A DNA stretch of 63,933 nt, the filler included, from Rhabdomonas costata (taxonomy: Eukaryota), in the NCBI GenBank assembly GCA_019059605.1. It is 31 parts of 31 records of this genome, joined end to end, with 100 filler letters (N's around TTAATTAATTAA, not from the genome) between each part and the next. Parts side by side here need not be neighbours in the genome. Positions count along the whole stretch, not along the records: positions 61,970 to 63,933 come from JAHMHO010006930.1; 30 more parts are not named here. One strand, 5' to 3'. The notes beneath the pieces are model-generated. The model ran no database searches, was not told the DNA's origin, and was given only the letters and a program-made list of their open reading frames with translations. Position 1 is the first letter of the stretch, and each line of letters opens with the position of its first letter. A program made the translations under genes and the position numbers. Below are positions 62,162 through 63,933 of this stretch, one piece after another.

Positions 62162-63933
62162 CCAAAAAGTAAAGGAAAACAAAAAGTAAAAAAAAAGTCT
62201 GGGTACACAGCCGAAGTAAAGCCATATATATGTGATATATCACATATATATATCACACTGCAGAGACGAGGTAATGCCTTTTTTTCAAAGAAGCATTCCT
62301 GGCACGCAAAAATGCTGTGAAGGACGCTCTTGGATGGTTTTTGAATCTTTCGTTAACATGCACGACTATGTATCACTGATTTAAATCAATCAATGAAATC
62401 TATTTTTGCATCAAAATTAAGTCTCCAACTTCATTCAAACGGCTCATTGACACTTACAAAATGAGGATTCTTGCAACAGTGTGGCACGGAGAGCTGTCTG
62501 AATAAGTTTCAGTACGTTGAATGGAATGAATGTGGCATGCAGAAATTGAGTTGCATACAATGCAAACTTGATACAAAAGCGACTGTCAATATTTCTCCTT
62601 TCTGCCCTCTTTCAGTCAGCCCCGTCTTTTTCAGACCACTTCTCTTTTCAAAGGAAACCCGTATTCCGTCTTTTCGAAACTACTTGCAGGATGTGAAAAC
62701 GCGTCTGCACCACACTGCCGTTGCAATCTGAGGCATCTCATTGCAGTATACACCCATGCTTCTCAAACCGTCTGTCTGGCTTCAACATATAGTTTGGTCG
62801 AAAAAAAACATGATCTAGAATCCAGATGTGCGCATTTTTCTCTTCGGTATTAAAATATGGCTTAATCTAATTATAGGTTTTCAAGCAGCAAACTTTCTGA
62901 CATTTTACATGCAAAGCACATTTTCATGGTGATTTATAGAGAAGGCAGGGTTCTTATGGAAAAAAGAATAATATAACTCACACTTCGAAACAATAAATTG
63001 CAAATAGTTCATCTACATACCAGCAAAAGATCTTAGGCAATAAACAGAATTTCCCCAGCATATTCTCAGCAACATCTACCCATCCATGGCTTATCTGGAC
63101 ATTCAACTGGACGTTCCATCATACTTCATTATAACAGCACAACAAACGAAGCCATATCAGCAGTGTCATAATGATGCGCCATACAATGCCGCACATCTCA
63201 CGTTCAAGCAGACAACTCGAACAACATGCGCATTCTGAACATCGAGGCTTCTGGTCACTTGCAATCATACTACTACTTAGTTGAGGTATGCGCCGGCAGG
63301 CGGAAATGACAATACTCATCGCAAACAGACAACAAAAGCCAGTTCACAGCACGCTTAGGTGGTTTTGGGTCACAATTATCACATTAGAACAGCGTGCCCT
63401 TCAAACAGCCAAACCTTCACGGCAAGCAATCATGAAAACCCATGACCACACGCAGAAGAACAGGCTAGTTTCAGTTTAGCACACCTGCAAAGATGACGCT
63501 ACAGAAAAATAGCTAGACGTCTGTCCTTTTCAAAAGGCTCCGTTTGCACCAATTGACATCAAAAGACGAACTGTCGCACGCTGCGATGTCTTGCCTCTTC
63601 CTTGCCTTTCGGTCACATGCCCTATTCAAAATGACGTTTGACGACCCCTAATAACTGTACCGTATGCAAACTCGAGCTATGCCGATGGACGTGTCACTTA
63701 TTTGATACCAGTTAAGCGGAGTCGATTTATCAAGTCCGGTTCTATGAAATAATTCTGTTAATCAAAAGCACCTTTCCCAATCCCATGCTGAATTGATGAC
63801 TCAAGTAGTTTTCATTGGGAGTGATGTGTAATTAAACAAAAACACATGCTCCTTTTGTTGGTACTCACTCAGAGGATGCAAATTTTTGTTTGATATTAAG
63901 AGAACGTGTGCCACCAGGTAGTGCACAAACACC

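Overview
This window is not one locus. It is 31 unrelated contigs of about 1.96 kb joined by artificial 100-nt linkers (N44-TTAATTAATTAA-N44). Contig ends carry G/T- or C/A-rich remnants and fold-back hairpins typical of whole-genome amplification (WGA). The DNA is from an intron-rich eukaryote, by inference a euglenozoan and possibly a euglenid (kinetoplastid-type cyclases, a tryparedoxin-like C-terminus, GTNNG-type donors). The six-frame ORFs are therefore mostly misleading, and I rebuilt the genes by manual splicing. Recognisable gene fragments are proteasome RPN3 and alpha-4/PSMA7, cysteine synthase, cysteinyl-tRNA synthetase, secreted alpha-carbonic anhydrase, an NSF-like AAA ATPase, a dual-specificity phosphatase, F-box, Sel1-repeat, RBBP4-like WD40, bromodomain, ABM-domain and NodU-like carbamoyltransferase proteins, two class III cyclase domains and sushi-like exons. 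Mobile elements are a Merlin-like transposase, a decayed CRE-like retroelement and a dispersed palindrome-ended MITE-like repeat. The two most notable signals are (1) a relaxed splice code in which GC-AG introns are common and lack the usual compensating consensus, and (2) a collapsed tandem array of symmetric phase 1-1 sushi-module exons. All family assignments are from motif recognition by eye; no database searches were run.
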